Of a stretch of 64,000 nt of DNA, positions 1 through 11,420 are shown in pieces. Source of the stretch: Phoronis australis (Eukaryota > Animalia > Phoronida); the NCBI GenBank assembly GCA_002633005.1, contig NMRA01000186.1, positions 475,479 to 539,478 of the forward strand. The letters run 5' to 3'. Numbering within the stretch: the stretch's first letter is position 1; each line of letters opens with the position of its first letter. The position numbers and the translations under genes are program-made. The notes below the pieces were generated by a model. The model made no database searches and was not told the origin of the DNA. It saw nothing but the letters and a program-made list of their open reading frames with translations.

Positions 1-686
1 TTATGATCTGAATAGGATTCGATTTAACTCTCACAGATATACCGCATTCATCGATTCGGAAGTTTTCTTTAATTTGTGCCGAGTTATTTCAAATGTGCAC
101 TGCCTTCGGCAGCCATTTTATTGTGACACCTAAGTTCGTCATATGCTGCCCCCTTTTGTAAAAACTGAGAAACATGCAGAAAAAGGCCAACGAAGTAATG
201 AAAATTGCAACAGCCTGTTTTTATTGACATAAACTCGATTTGAAGCTTTGATGTTGAGCTCTGCACTGTGGTTTCCAATAAAAGCCAATTGGACAACATT
301 TCAATGCAGTTTAATGGTGAATGCGTGAGGCAAAAATGTTAAGAACCCAGCGTATCGCATTTGTCTGCGGATTTTTCCTTTGGCCTTCTAGATCCTACTA
401 GTGCCTGGGACAAACAGATACATTGCATAAACAAACCCTGGATCATGTTTTGTGTCCCGTCGGAAGAAAATTTAAATTCGAAAACATCTTCTGAAAACGC
501 ACAAAAAAGTGTATTAGTAAAATCTACTGATTTTTAAGTGGTTTTAAAAAACAATCGGTAAACTCACCGATTTTTGTCTCATTACTTTGATACGTGTCTC
601 TTCCGATAAGTTAGTACCTAACGTGCACACGAGCACTCCAAATTGGAACGCTAAGTCCCGCGTGGTTGCGCTGCACGCGAAACAAG

Positions 687-720
687 ATGGCGGACGACCT
701 TTGGAGCCTGACGACAATAG
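687..720 (+). CDS. ZC3H10: Probable first coding exon of the ZC3H10-like gene (MADDLWSLTTI, phase 1)
   Basis: ATG lies in an aagATGGCG context in a CpG-containing region and is followed by the donor AG|GTAACC. Its 34 nt plus 35 nt after the acceptor ttattgtttcag (exon from 5920) join in frame with the ATG at 5955 without a stop. Confidence 0.55.
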
Positions 721-1017
721 GTAACCGGACTATATTTATATTGTGACTCGGGACTTATGGGTGTGTTATACAACCAACCAAAATTGACTGCAAATTCTCT
801 ACTGGGGCAAGTTGAGACGGTGGTCACTGTCTATTGCCAGTTGGGACTTGTCCTGGGGCATCCGCTGGCTGCTCCATCATTGCACTGGGACTGAGACTGT
901 GACTGAGTGTGACTGTGTCTGTGAGTGTGAGTGACACACTCTAGACTCTAACTTCTAAGTCTAAGTCTAGACTACTAGTAATAGTATCAGTCTCAGGACT
1001 CTCAGGCCCGTGCTTAC

Positions 1018-1125
1018 CAACTGTACAAACTCAATTTCCGCAAATATTGGCGAAAGAAAGCTCATCACAACCGAAAGTAATATGTTAAACAAATGCAATT
1101 GCCCGCATATCGAAAATGTACACAT
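1018..1125 (-). CDS. Candidate first coding exon of a secreted/lysosomal protein, possibly a histidine acid phosphatase (ACP2/ACP3-like); rest of gene outside the window
   Basis: gccATG start with an in-frame stop upstream. Encodes MCTFSICGQLHLFNILLSVVMSFLSPIFAEIEFVQL, a signal-peptide-like segment. Ends at a consensus phase-0 donor TTG|GTAAGC. EIEFVQL resembles the ELKFVTL that precedes RHGDR in ACP3/ACP2. The RHG exon is not seen in the window. Confidence 0.45.
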
Positions 1126-2607
1126 GGCATGTTGTGCACGACATCGACATCAGTAGTTCCTTTGAAAGCCGCAGCGATTACATCCGGTTATAGCATCCGA
1201 GAGAGGGAGTCTTTGAACGTCCCTCACTTGTCTCGTTCCCACATCAACGATACAATGTACTTCTAAGGATGGGGGTGAAACAATTCCCCTGGTACTTTGA
1301 AAACTGAGACCGCCACGATTAATCAGATGGCGATGCGGCAGCCGATTTCGATATCCATACGTCAAGTAGTCGGAAAATCAAACCTTTTAAAATCAGCTTT
1401 AAGTAAGAGCTCAGTATTGGCTATGACACGCCAGTTCCACTTGTCGCCGTTAGGTGTCAACAATCGACAATAACAATAATATTAAAACAGAAACAATAAC
1501 TCACGACAAACAAACTCTATAGAGTTCATGCCCATCATAGGGATCACGGCGAACATTTAATTGGTTTACACACTACACGTCGCAAACCCTTGCTTAGTCT
1601 CAAAATCACGCGCGTGAACTCGGGATGGAAATTGATTCCAAGTATACTCAGGATTCCAAATTCACGTACGACATCACGACAAGACGGCCATTTTATCTTT
1701 CCGCGAGGAAGTGTGATCGAAATATTTGCTATTTATTGCATTTTAGTAGGTAAATTTAGTAGTATTTGTTTAATTTACAAACAGAATTCATACTTTACCC
1801 CAGCTGTTTTTAATAGTTGTGTTTATCTGGAATTCGTTCCCCTCTTAACTTCAATTTTGTTTTTGTTGACCCTTGTCCTAGCCTAGGCAATGACCATCGC
1901 CTCTGACAGAGGCGATGGTTATTGCCAAGCCTTGCCAAGCCCATGGCATTAGTTTGGCCCGGTTGATCACGGCGTATGACGTACTTTGTGAGTTTGGCTG
2001 TGTTGGGTATGACCGGAACCAGATACTGCGCACTTTTCTTGACCTAGTCGATCTCAGATATTGCTGATCAGCTGGCATGACTTCTGCCAAGTTCTGGGAT
2101 GGCTCTCCAAATCATGTTGCATTGTTTGTTCGTTATGAGTTCATTAATTTCCACTATCGTGACTAACTAGGTAGCGTTTAGAACATACTTCTAGTTGGCC
2201 TATGCACCAAAAGTATAAAAGGGAGTACAGCATACAGCATTACTTCAGATTACAGATTTACTAGTAAATTAGAACTGCCAGAAGTATTGAAAGGTCGCTC
2301 ATGTGCATCACTGACTGGGATTCGCTGCTGCTTGACCTTTGGTCAGAGTCAGTAATTGCCAGACTGCAATCGAACTTCAAGCTGCAGCCAATCACACGTG
2401 TCATGTTGTGGCAAGTTAGCAAACCTCTCCAGACTTCTGGCAGTTCTATATAGCAATATAATTGTGTACAATGTCTACACTCTTCTTTAGTAAGATGTAT
2501 ACTACTAGAGTACTAGATGTATGTTTATAAAGACTGAAATCAAGTTCAGTGGGTGTGACATACAGTCATATAAAGTATCTCACTAAACTGCTTGCCAAGT
2601 GACAGCT

Positions 2608-2830
2608 GTCTTGTAGCCGAATGGTTAAGATGCTTGACTCTCACATGGGTGCCTTGAGGCCCATGTTCATTACCTGCCGTTGGCATGTAGTTGTTTTCTA
2701 CATCTATAGACAATCCCCTTGTCCATTGCTGATGTCCCACAGAGGCTGCCAGCGTGTGAGTCAAACATCCAAACAAATCAGCTAAAGAGCACTTGCTTGT
2801 CAATGAGGGATTTAGAGAGACTTTTGTTGA
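2608..2830 (+). mobile_element. Degenerate tRNA-derived SINE-like sequence
   Basis: Pol III A-box TAGCCGAATGG (2614-2624) followed by TTAAG, and a degenerate B-box (tgttcattacc). No intact cloverleaf. The right boundary is approximate. Confidence 0.4.
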
Positions 2831-4208
2831 TCTATACATAGGCCGGGCAGGTTACGGCATCATAGACTTTAATCACTTTGATTGAAATATTAACTTTCTG
2901 CTGTTTCCCTTTTCTTCTGGCAACAGGGGGTCAGCCAGGCGAGTGCTTTCTTGCAATTAACGGGAGGCCTGTGACCTCATGGTTCCCCCTACTGCTTGGC
3001 CAGTTAAGTTAGTTCTCCCCTTCATCACTAATAGATTGCTCAAGTACCTAGTAGATTTTGAAGTGAAAGTTATTTTTTTGCCTGCAATGGTGACCAACAG
3101 TGAAACAAACAATAAATGCTTGAGAATTGTGTGGTATATGGCCAGGTTATAATTTTCACATGCATGTAGTTGTGAGCTGTCAGAAGTTTAGCTTTTTGAT
3201 TGGTGCGTGGATGGAGAGAGAATGATTAAATCCAGTAATTAATTTATTACATGACCACTTATTAAAACAATTGAAACTTGTTGTTAATTAAGTACAATAA
3301 CAGTGAACAAGAGTAACTATGCTGGCATCCTCAGTAAGGAAAACTTCTATCAATTAACCATAATTAATGAAATGTCATAGCTGCTAACCAAACTGTAGGA
3401 CCTGAAACTCGTTGGATGACAGTCCTGTTGGTCAATCTTCGAAGTAACACACACTGTTCTGCAACAGTGTTCTTGCTGGTCACAGTCCTTTGTGACGCAA
3501 TGACAACTCTGTTGTATCACTCTACCCTTGATACACTATGCTGACCAAAGTCCTCCTTGAAGAAACGACAAGTGTAGGCAGTGTCTGAGTATTTTCCTCT
3601 TGCTGGTCAAAGTCCCTCTGGACGCAATGCGTGTAGGCAGTATCTTACTACCCACAATGCAAGCTCTTTAACTTCCTGTTCGTTAACCCTTGCTCTGCCA
3701 AGATCTTTCTTTACAATCTTCCACTGTATGCCTTCCTTATACTATATCTTCAGTAAGCTGAAGCAAGTCCCATAGCTTCAACTATCAGATTCCATCTGCC
3801 TATTTTCCAGACTTCTGCCCAAATTATTATAATGCACTTACATAACAATTGGCTAATAAAAAACACATGATCTTGTCTAATCATATCATTGGCTGTTTCC
3901 ATGTGATCTCAGAACTTTCTAGAATCTTTACAGTGCATTGACCCCAAAGTACATACACAAATTTTAGGCAACCCCAGTGAAACTAACTCTACTAATTACA
4001 CAGTCAATATTTATTGACATGGGCCTTTCGAAGAATTTGCACTTGTCTTCAAATTGTTCCACTTGCATCTCATACTGGGGGTCCCTTGTCATTTTAAAAC
4101 TTGAGTAATATTTGTTTGTGTGTCCCTTTGACATTCGGTATTTTACTTTTACCCTTTGGGATTCTGAAAGCTGTTGGGATATCTGGTATTCCATGACAAT
4201 GCTCAGGG

Positions 4209-4519
4209 TTGTCTATTTATCCCAGGAAATAAAATCCTGAAGACAAAGCCTCAGAGTTTTCTGACGAACATTTTCGCTTGTAGAATTTGTGTAATTCATT
4301 AGCTTTATGAACTTTAGTTTGGATTCTTTAACACTTTCTTTTGAAAGATACATCTCCCCGACAGAAATGGTCAACTTTGTCTATTTATCCTAGGAACTAA
4401 AAGCCTGAAGACAATGCCCCAGAGTTTTCTGACGGAACAGTTTCGCTTGTGGAATTTATGTAGTCCATTAGCTTTATGAAGTTTAGTTTGGATTCTAAGA
4501 GACTTTCATTTGAAAGATA
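4209..4519. repeat. Diverged tandem duplication, period ~168 bp, 2 copies
   Basis: The block ttgtctatttatcc...tttgaaagata starts at 4209 and again at 4377, with scattered substitutions. Confidence 0.85.
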
Positions 4520-5954
4520 GGTATCCTCAATGTGTAAAGAATGTTCGGGGTATTCTAAACAGTGTGCCGCGACTTTTTTTAATTTGAAATTGTTGCCTGG
4601 CACCCTGGACCCTTCTTCCATTTCCTTTTATATTTGGTTATGATAATCGTTTAGTCAGTGTTTACAACATTGTTCAGATCCTTCTTTCTTTCTCTTCCCA
4701 GTAATCAGATCGGGTAGCTGTCCTTAAAAATGTACCCAGTGTTTCAAGATCATTGGTAAAAAGTTGATCTAAAATCAGACATAAAATGTTTGGGTCTACT
4801 TTGCCACCTCTACTCAGAATATAGTGATTGGCAGATTTTAGTAAAGCGATTTTTGAATTTGCCTGAATTAAGGTGAGACTTGGTTGAGTAGCGTCTATGC
4901 TTAGGTTTTGCATTTATTTTGATTGGCTTTGGACTTACTTGGCACAGACAATTTCTGATTCTCCTACGGCTTGTGGTCAGATATGGGCTGCTGGCAACGA
5001 ATGTTTTGTTCAACACCCTCTTGTGGTCAGATAGGGCGCAAGGGTATCATCAGTTTGCTATCCTGGTATATGCATGTACATGTTGAAAATCGTAACTGTT
5101 GAACTTGTCACTCTCCCAGTTTCAATCTGCTATGCTGTGAATGAACACTGGCCCTACACAAATATACAGAATGTACATTACAAATTAGTATTTTATGTTG
5201 GGACATTGAGATTAATTGGATACAAATTATAACAAATGCAAGATAGTAAATTGTCGGGTGTGCTATAAAATAGACAGTAAGTTGTGGTGCTTGAGAAGAC
5301 GGGTCCAGTGGACCCGGACGGGTGAAGTGTAGGGCGAACGCTGATTTAGTGTAGGGTGAACGCTGATTGACTATATATATATAAATACGAGGTGTTGCTG
5401 AAAAACTTAGGTGCATCTAAAAACGAAAAGAATTATGTGTTAGTGATTCTTTAAAACAAGTTTATTAATATTGTGCAAAGCTATTGGACGACGAAAATGT
5501 CAGGGAAAATAATTGGGTAGGTAAATGTTATGGTTTTTATCTCGATATTCAACTAAATTGTATGATCAGTTATAACACTTCCGGTGCCATGACGTATGTT
5601 TTGGTGATCGGTAACCACTGACTGTTAGCCAAAATTTTTAACTTTTCTGGGGTTGGTTAAAGCACGAGGTAGACTGGCTTGATGCTATTGTCTGATTAAG
5701 AGCTTAGGTTACTTTCAACAAGGTTCGTAGAAAAATTAGGGTGATTAAAATCAGTTGGCAAGGAATCCACCTTGTGGAAGCGGTGCATGTCTTGTGCTAT
5801 CAACTACGGTAACCATTCTCCAATGTGGGACAATCTGTAGTGATGGTTTCAAAGCAAAAATATTGTCCAGCTTCTACGCGTGCTTCACAATTCTTACTGT
5901 TAGCCGTTTATTGTTTCAGAGCGCATTCTCGCCAGCAATTGCGCCACTGCAGCC

Positions 5955-7064
5955 ATGAGCAACGAACTAGACAGTCAGGAAGGCAGCGTGCTTTGCCGCG
6001 ATTTCGCCAACGGCATATGCAAGCGACGCAGCTGCAAGTTCGCGCACCCCAAAACTGCCGAAGACGTCGAGGCATCTGAAGAAGTCGAAGACGACTCTCA
6101 GATTTGCCGAGATTTCCTGCGCAACGTGTGCAAGCGTGCCAACTGCAAATTCAAACATCCGAAAGGTACGGATAAGCTGAAACTAGCCAGGCGTAAAGCT
6201 TACACCTTCTGTCACGACTACTCTAACGGAAACTGCCGAAGACGTGACTGTCGTTTTTTGCACGCTTCGAAAGAAGAGGAAGAGTACTTCCACGATACGG
6301 GCGTATTGCCGCCGCATCTACGCGCTCAGGCAGCTGTCGGTTTCGGCAACACTGACGCTTCAATTACTGAGGGTGAAACGCCAGTGTGCAGAGACTTTAT
6401 CTCTGGAAAATGTGACAGGGGTTCGAGGTGTAAGTTCATGCACGTTATGCCACAGCGTGGCGGGCGCGAGAGAGTTGATCGAAGCCCGTATGGTCTCTAC
6501 ATGGAATCTAGTAGCTTCGTGAGCGACGATCCGTACGAGGTGTCGTATCCACCTTACAAACGCCGCGCACTGGACGTCCCGTACTACAGAAGAAATGATG
6601 TTCTGCTGGAAGAAGAAAATAATCGTCTGAGGAGAAAAGTTGAAGAACTAAAGAAACAAGTGGGGGAACTGACGGCTGCTAATGATGTGCTTTTGGAACA
6701 AAATGCGCGACTTCGGGTCAGTAAGGTCAACTCTCTCACCGCTGTCACCATGACAACTCCTTCAGCCGTCGTGTCGGTTACACCCGCAGTGACGCCTATT
6801 GTGACGCCGGCTGTCGCAGTTCCTGCTCCTCCACAAGTGAACAACGCCGCCGCGCAGCTATCGGCGCTGACTGCGAGTATCAGTCAGCAGGTGGCGCTAA
6901 ATAGCGAAGTCGTTCAGCAAGCCATGCAGGCTCAGCTTGTACAGGAAGCGCTTGGAGCGCCGCACACTAGCCTTGCCGCTGGCCCCGCTTCCATGAGCTC
7001 CCTCACGCCAGCCATGTCAATGAGCCAGCCAGCGTTGGTCAGTTCTCCTTTTGCAAGAACATGA
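5955..7064 (+). CDS. ZC3H10: Zinc finger CCCH domain-containing protein 10-like (main coding exon, 369 aa from this ATG)
   Basis: CCCH fingers ICRDFLRNVCKR, FCHDYSNGNCRR and VCRDFISGKCDRG, plus one extra N-terminal finger. Coiled coil LEEENNRLRRKVEELKKQVGELTAANDVLLEQNARLR closely matches the ZC3H10 coiled coil as I recall it. A/P/T/V/Q-rich tail and gccATG context. Confidence 0.92.
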   Translation: MSNELDSQEGSVLCRDFANGICKRRSCKFAHPKTAEDVEASEEVEDDSQICRDFLRNVCKRANCKFKHPKGTDKLKLARRKAYTFCHDYSNGNCRRRDCRFLHASKEEEEYFHDTGVLPPHLRAQAAVGFGNTDASITEGETPVCRDFISGKCDRGSRCKFMHVMPQRGGRERVDRSPYGLYMESSSFVSDDPYEVSYPPYKRRALDVPYYRRNDVLLEEENNRLRRKVEELKKQVGELTAANDVLLEQNARLRVSKVNSLTAVTMTTPSAVVSVTPAVTPIVTPAVAVPAPPQVNNAAAQLSALTASISQQVALNSEVVQQAMQAQLVQEALGAPHTSLAAGPASMSSLTPAMSMSQPALVSSPFART

Positions 7065-8561
7065 GCCTCGCTTTATTTACTTTGACTTTTGCAGGATACC
7101 TAATACGTTTAGAACGGTTTTAATAGTTTTCGGTTGTTAAAAATAACAAACCAAGAACCAATTTGTTGAAATCAAATCTCATTCGTATGGCTACTCCTTA
7201 GATAAAATACTATAGATGCGTCACTTCATATTGAAAACCTGACGCATGCGGCACGCGGCGCCACCTGGTTTCTACTGTGGTCGATAAGCGAAGACGGCTC
7301 ATTTCTCCTTATCCAATACTCGGCTCTTGAACCATATTTAAGGGTTGGTTTACCGACGAATATCTCCAGTGCCTACCGCTTGGTAGTTTAATTGGCTTTA
7401 GCAAAAAAAAAACACGACAAAAAATAGGACTGTAACAGTCTGCTGTATTTCACTCATACTTGTGAACTTTTCTGAACTCTTCCAGATGAAAGATTTTGCC
7501 AAATATTTGATCGATGTGTGATGGAAGGTAAACGCTTTCATTTTTCAAGTCTTTGAGTACTTGATTATGTGCAAAGCTGTAGTTCAAATCCGCCACACAG
7601 AGGACGCGGGTGAATTGCCAACCCCCACATTGAAAAATATTTTGCAATAGACTTTGAAAACGTTATCCATGCATCATGGACACGATGTTGGCCAGTCACA
7701 TTTTGTATAAAAGTCAGTGAAGGATTTTAAGTTTTACTTTTTTTAAATTTAATAGACGAAATACTAAAAGCACAGTCAGACGAGATAGCGATTTCATGTC
7801 AGAAAAATGGAGGTAAAAACGGGGCTTAACAAATCTGTGTATATGGTTTTGTGGTGACTTGGTGGCATGGCTTCGGGACCGGTTGCATGAAACAGGATCG
7901 AGACTCGATTGGGAATATGACTTTGATCCCCTTTTCCGCAACTTGGGCCAAATGCTTGCCCTTTTTGTTTCAATGTGGAAAACTTTCAATAAACTATTAC
8001 ACGAAAGTAGAAGCACTTGAATGACTTAAAAATATGAATTCCTGTATCGTGTAACTGGCCCTATGCCCAAGGATGTATTTCTGCATATATCATGTTACTA
8101 TAACAAACAAAAATATGGTGGCGTAAAAATGTCTTATTATGTTCAACCTCCAGCCGTTGACTAGACAACTTCGAACACTCTAGTTTATAACTAGACTTAA
8201 TAGTGCATTCTAGACTAGGCCTTAGACTGAAGTCAAGATAAAGGTGGAAGTCGTGAAGATACTAAATCACCTCAAATCTAATTGATTGCTCCTTTGGGAA
8301 AGGCAAGCACTCGTAAAACAGCACTGAAGTCCGTCAAGAAGAGACGTTAGCACGCAGACACTCACATAAACATAAAAACAAACTGCTGCCCTGGAGTGCC
8401 GCTGGTTACAAGTATGAATTACGAAAGTCGAGATGATTTTTATTGAAACAAGTTCAACGGTTACAGTAAAGTACTTTTCATTGTTTCAAGCAACTCAATC
8501 AAACAGCTCATTAGCCATATTGAAATCAAATACATGCCGTGCAGTTGCCGACGAATAAAAA

Positions 8562-8670
8562 TATAAAATAGTAAAACTAAAATAATGAGCGTCGGTACTA
8601 AAAGTGTATGTTTAATATATATTAGTACCGACCCTCGTCATTTTAGTTTTACTAGTTTTACTATTTTATA
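8562..8670. repeat. AT-rich imperfect inverted repeat (hairpin or tiny MITE)
   Basis: tataaaatagtaaaactaaaat...gtcggtactaa pairs with ttagtaccgac...attttagttttac...tattttata. Confidence 0.8.
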
Positions 8671-8992
8671 GCTCATTACCCGTTCACGCCACGAGTTACT
8701 CTGTTTTTTTTTCTATGTTATACTTTCACTTCGCAACAAAAGTGACCCAAACCCTTCGTATTTGTGGTTTCTCAGCTTAAAATTATTTTCTTTGCTACAC
8801 TAGGCCACATGTTTGCTCAACTCGAGTGCTTTTCGATTGCGCTCGTTCCTAGGCAGTCCGTCGCCGCCGCATTGAGTTCACGCATTTTGACATAGGATCT
8901 AGAAATAGCATGAATACTAGAAAAACAACTACATTTGGAAAGCTATGAAATAAAATATTTGGCTGCCTCCTCCAACAGTTTATAGCCTACTG

Positions 8993-9059
8993 CACGGGCG
9001 GCGCAGCACTGAAAAAAGTGGGGCCATAGCCCCCCCCCCCCCTTTTTGTACTGCCTATG
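8993..9059 (-). mobile_element. Short GC-rich MITE-like element, inverted relative of 12174-12242
   Basis: cacgggcggcgcagcactgaaaaaagtggggccatagc matches the reverse complement of gctatagtccccacttttttcggtgctggaccgcccatg. Confidence 0.65.
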
Positions 9060-10699
9060 AGTATTGCCAATATTACAGCCGACTGGACGGTCGTAGATCT
9101 CAGGTGGCGCTCAGAACGCACGTAGCACAATAGCACCGTCACAGAAAAAGTTCCTATGCATCTCGGGAGTATTTAATCTATGGTCGTTCCCCGCATTTGA
9201 ACACCCTGTGTATAGACCAAGGCAAGCAGTTGTTTGACCAAAGTATTTTTTGATAATTTGTTATCGTTTGTTTTGGTAATGTTTATGTAGTCATTGAAGG
9301 CGAAGGTCTCGTGGTAATTGAGAGATGGAAAACATGGGCAAATGAAACATGGCCCTGTACGTGTTTACGCCCCCATTTTAGAATAAGTCGGTCGCTACAT
9401 CAAACCTGTTACCTCGGTTGTAATTGTTTGCCTACAATGTGTACATTTGACCACCTTCGTTGTTGTGAATTTGTCGAAGTTCATTGTTAATAAATTTTCA
9501 TCTCTTTTTAATTACTATTCTTGTGGATTCCGTGTTGCTTTTGTCCATTGAAATTATTACTAATTTTGACCATTTGCTCTCATCATATTGATAATGTTTT
9601 TACTCCGATTAAAACTGAATCTTTTGTTTGTGAAATGGCAGCTCGCTGATTATTCATTCAGATTGTGCTCAGTAAGTTTATTTGACTCGCTCTCATTATT
9701 TGTCCATGACCTGGACTTGATGGCTGGACCGAAATCTCGTCGGTGTTTCGTATACTTGTTGGTAAAAAGTTGCTTTAATTGAGCTTTATATGCGGGCGTA
9801 TTTGCTATTTCCAAGCAACGGTACCTCGCTCACATCCTTTTGTTTGAATTGAAAATCATCGCTTGCAATTGAAATCGCCTGCAATTCTCTCGACGATCGT
9901 ACTTCATTGACGACGGACTTCACTGACGACCTTAAGTACCCCGCCGAGGAAATTAGTGGGTGTGGTCTGAAGTTGTAACTGTGACTCAGTTCGCTTTTGG
10001 AAATCATTTGTAATCTGAGTATGGAATAGGAGGACACCGGTTTTATTTTGGTAAATGGTCAAAATTAATTTTTGATTCAAGGTACGGATTTATTTCCTCT
10101 TCAGTAAATGAATATAATCTTGTTATTCGTCGCACGTAGTTGCAGTGATCAAATTTGAACGCAATGCACAACTATGGCCCAAAATTTCTTGTGACCGTGT
10201 TATTGATCACGCGCCTCTACCAGGGCCCTAGTTCACTAAACAGGCCAGTAGGAAGGAAAAAAATATTGGGGGGCACAAACCAATTTGACTTCCCGAAGCT
10301 TCCCCCTTGCTATCGCCACCCCCNTGGGGGGTAATACCGGGGATGAGCCCCCCATTTGCAAAAGTGGGCAAAAAGGTCCGCCTCAAAGAAACAAAATGTC
10401 TCGGAAAAACGACATAAAAGTCCACTAAAAAGGCAGGAATTCGGCGTATGCATAATTCATAGCCCTGAACGTACCCCGTATTCCGTTTTTTTCTTTTCTT
10501 TAGTAAGAGGTACACGTCCTCAAAAATGTTAGGCTGGGTGCGTGCATGCCATGTGTGTAGTATGCACGAGAAATGCAAGCAAACGATTCAGTTTTGAAGA
10601 ACAAAAATTCATTGCTCAATACTACTGGAAACTAAAAACATCATAGAACTCCAAAGAGAACAAGTTGATGACCAATGAGTTGGATTTTATTTATTTAAG

Positions 10700-11420
10700 T
10701 ACTTAAAAGTCTTCGATCTACGGTTTGTTAACTTAAACACAGTAATCTAGTTCCTTAGCCAATAAACAATTTAATGTTATTTGAATTGTGAGAGTATTTT
10801 GGGACACTTTGTACAGCTGTCCGAAATTCATCGTTTTCCTTTTGAGACTTATTTCAGATAGACAAAAATCGTTTAGCGTATTTCAAATTTGGGGATCTGA
10901 TGACAGAATCGAATTTTCCCGGTGTCTGCTTGCAACTAAGTTCATTGAAGCATTGTTTTTTCTACAAAATTAGCTTCTACTTGTCAAAAAAGTTATCCGT
11001 CAATCAGTCCACTTTCATAGATACATAAGAATGTAAATCAAAAACCAACAATCAAATCCATGAGCAATGCGTTCACCTTGATTTAATGACTTAATCCCCA
11101 GTTAGTGAGTTTAAACAACAAAACTTGTACCGAAGTCAAAAAGCAAATGAATGTATTTATTGTCATTTGAATTGTTAGTAAATTTTTGGGGAGTGTCCAA
11201 ATTTCATCTATGTCTGACCGCTATTTTAGATAGGTAAAAAGCGTCCAGGTGCACTTTACTATTTGGGAAATCTGATTATAGAGTTTTTTCCATATCCAGG
11301 CTTCAACTAAATTTCATGAATCGTCATCATTTCTTTAAATGTTAGCTTCTAACTGCCAAAAATTATCTATTAACCTGTCAGTTTTCGGAGATACATAAAC
11401 ATGTAAATCAAAAAACCAAC
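10700..11420. repeat. Old diverged direct duplication, period ~375 bp
   Basis: Collinear blocks (tttgaattgt, gtcc.aa.ttcatc, ttagcttcta, agatacataa..atgtaaatcaaaaa.ccaac) occur in both 10780-11050 and 11165-11420. Confidence 0.65.

Noticed and set aside
338-582. Minus-strand mini-exon MRQKS (582-568, GTGAG donor) spliced to an acceptor at 490
   Set aside because: The splice sites look plausible, but the joined frame stops after about 55 codons with no recognisable domain. It could be a non-coding exon and is not supportable as a CDS.
2608-2690. Functional tRNA gene
   Set aside because: An A-box is present, but the B-box/T-arm and acceptor stem are degenerate. Treated as a SINE-like relic.
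3394-3932. Solo LTR in reverse orientation
   Set aside because: It has TGT...ACA ends and LTR-like motifs, but no matching TSD (caaac vs gtgca), so the boundaries cannot be supported.
6584-6844. Antisense ORFs within ZC3H10 (also 5967-6158)
   Set aside because: These are shadows of the GC-richer sense CDS.
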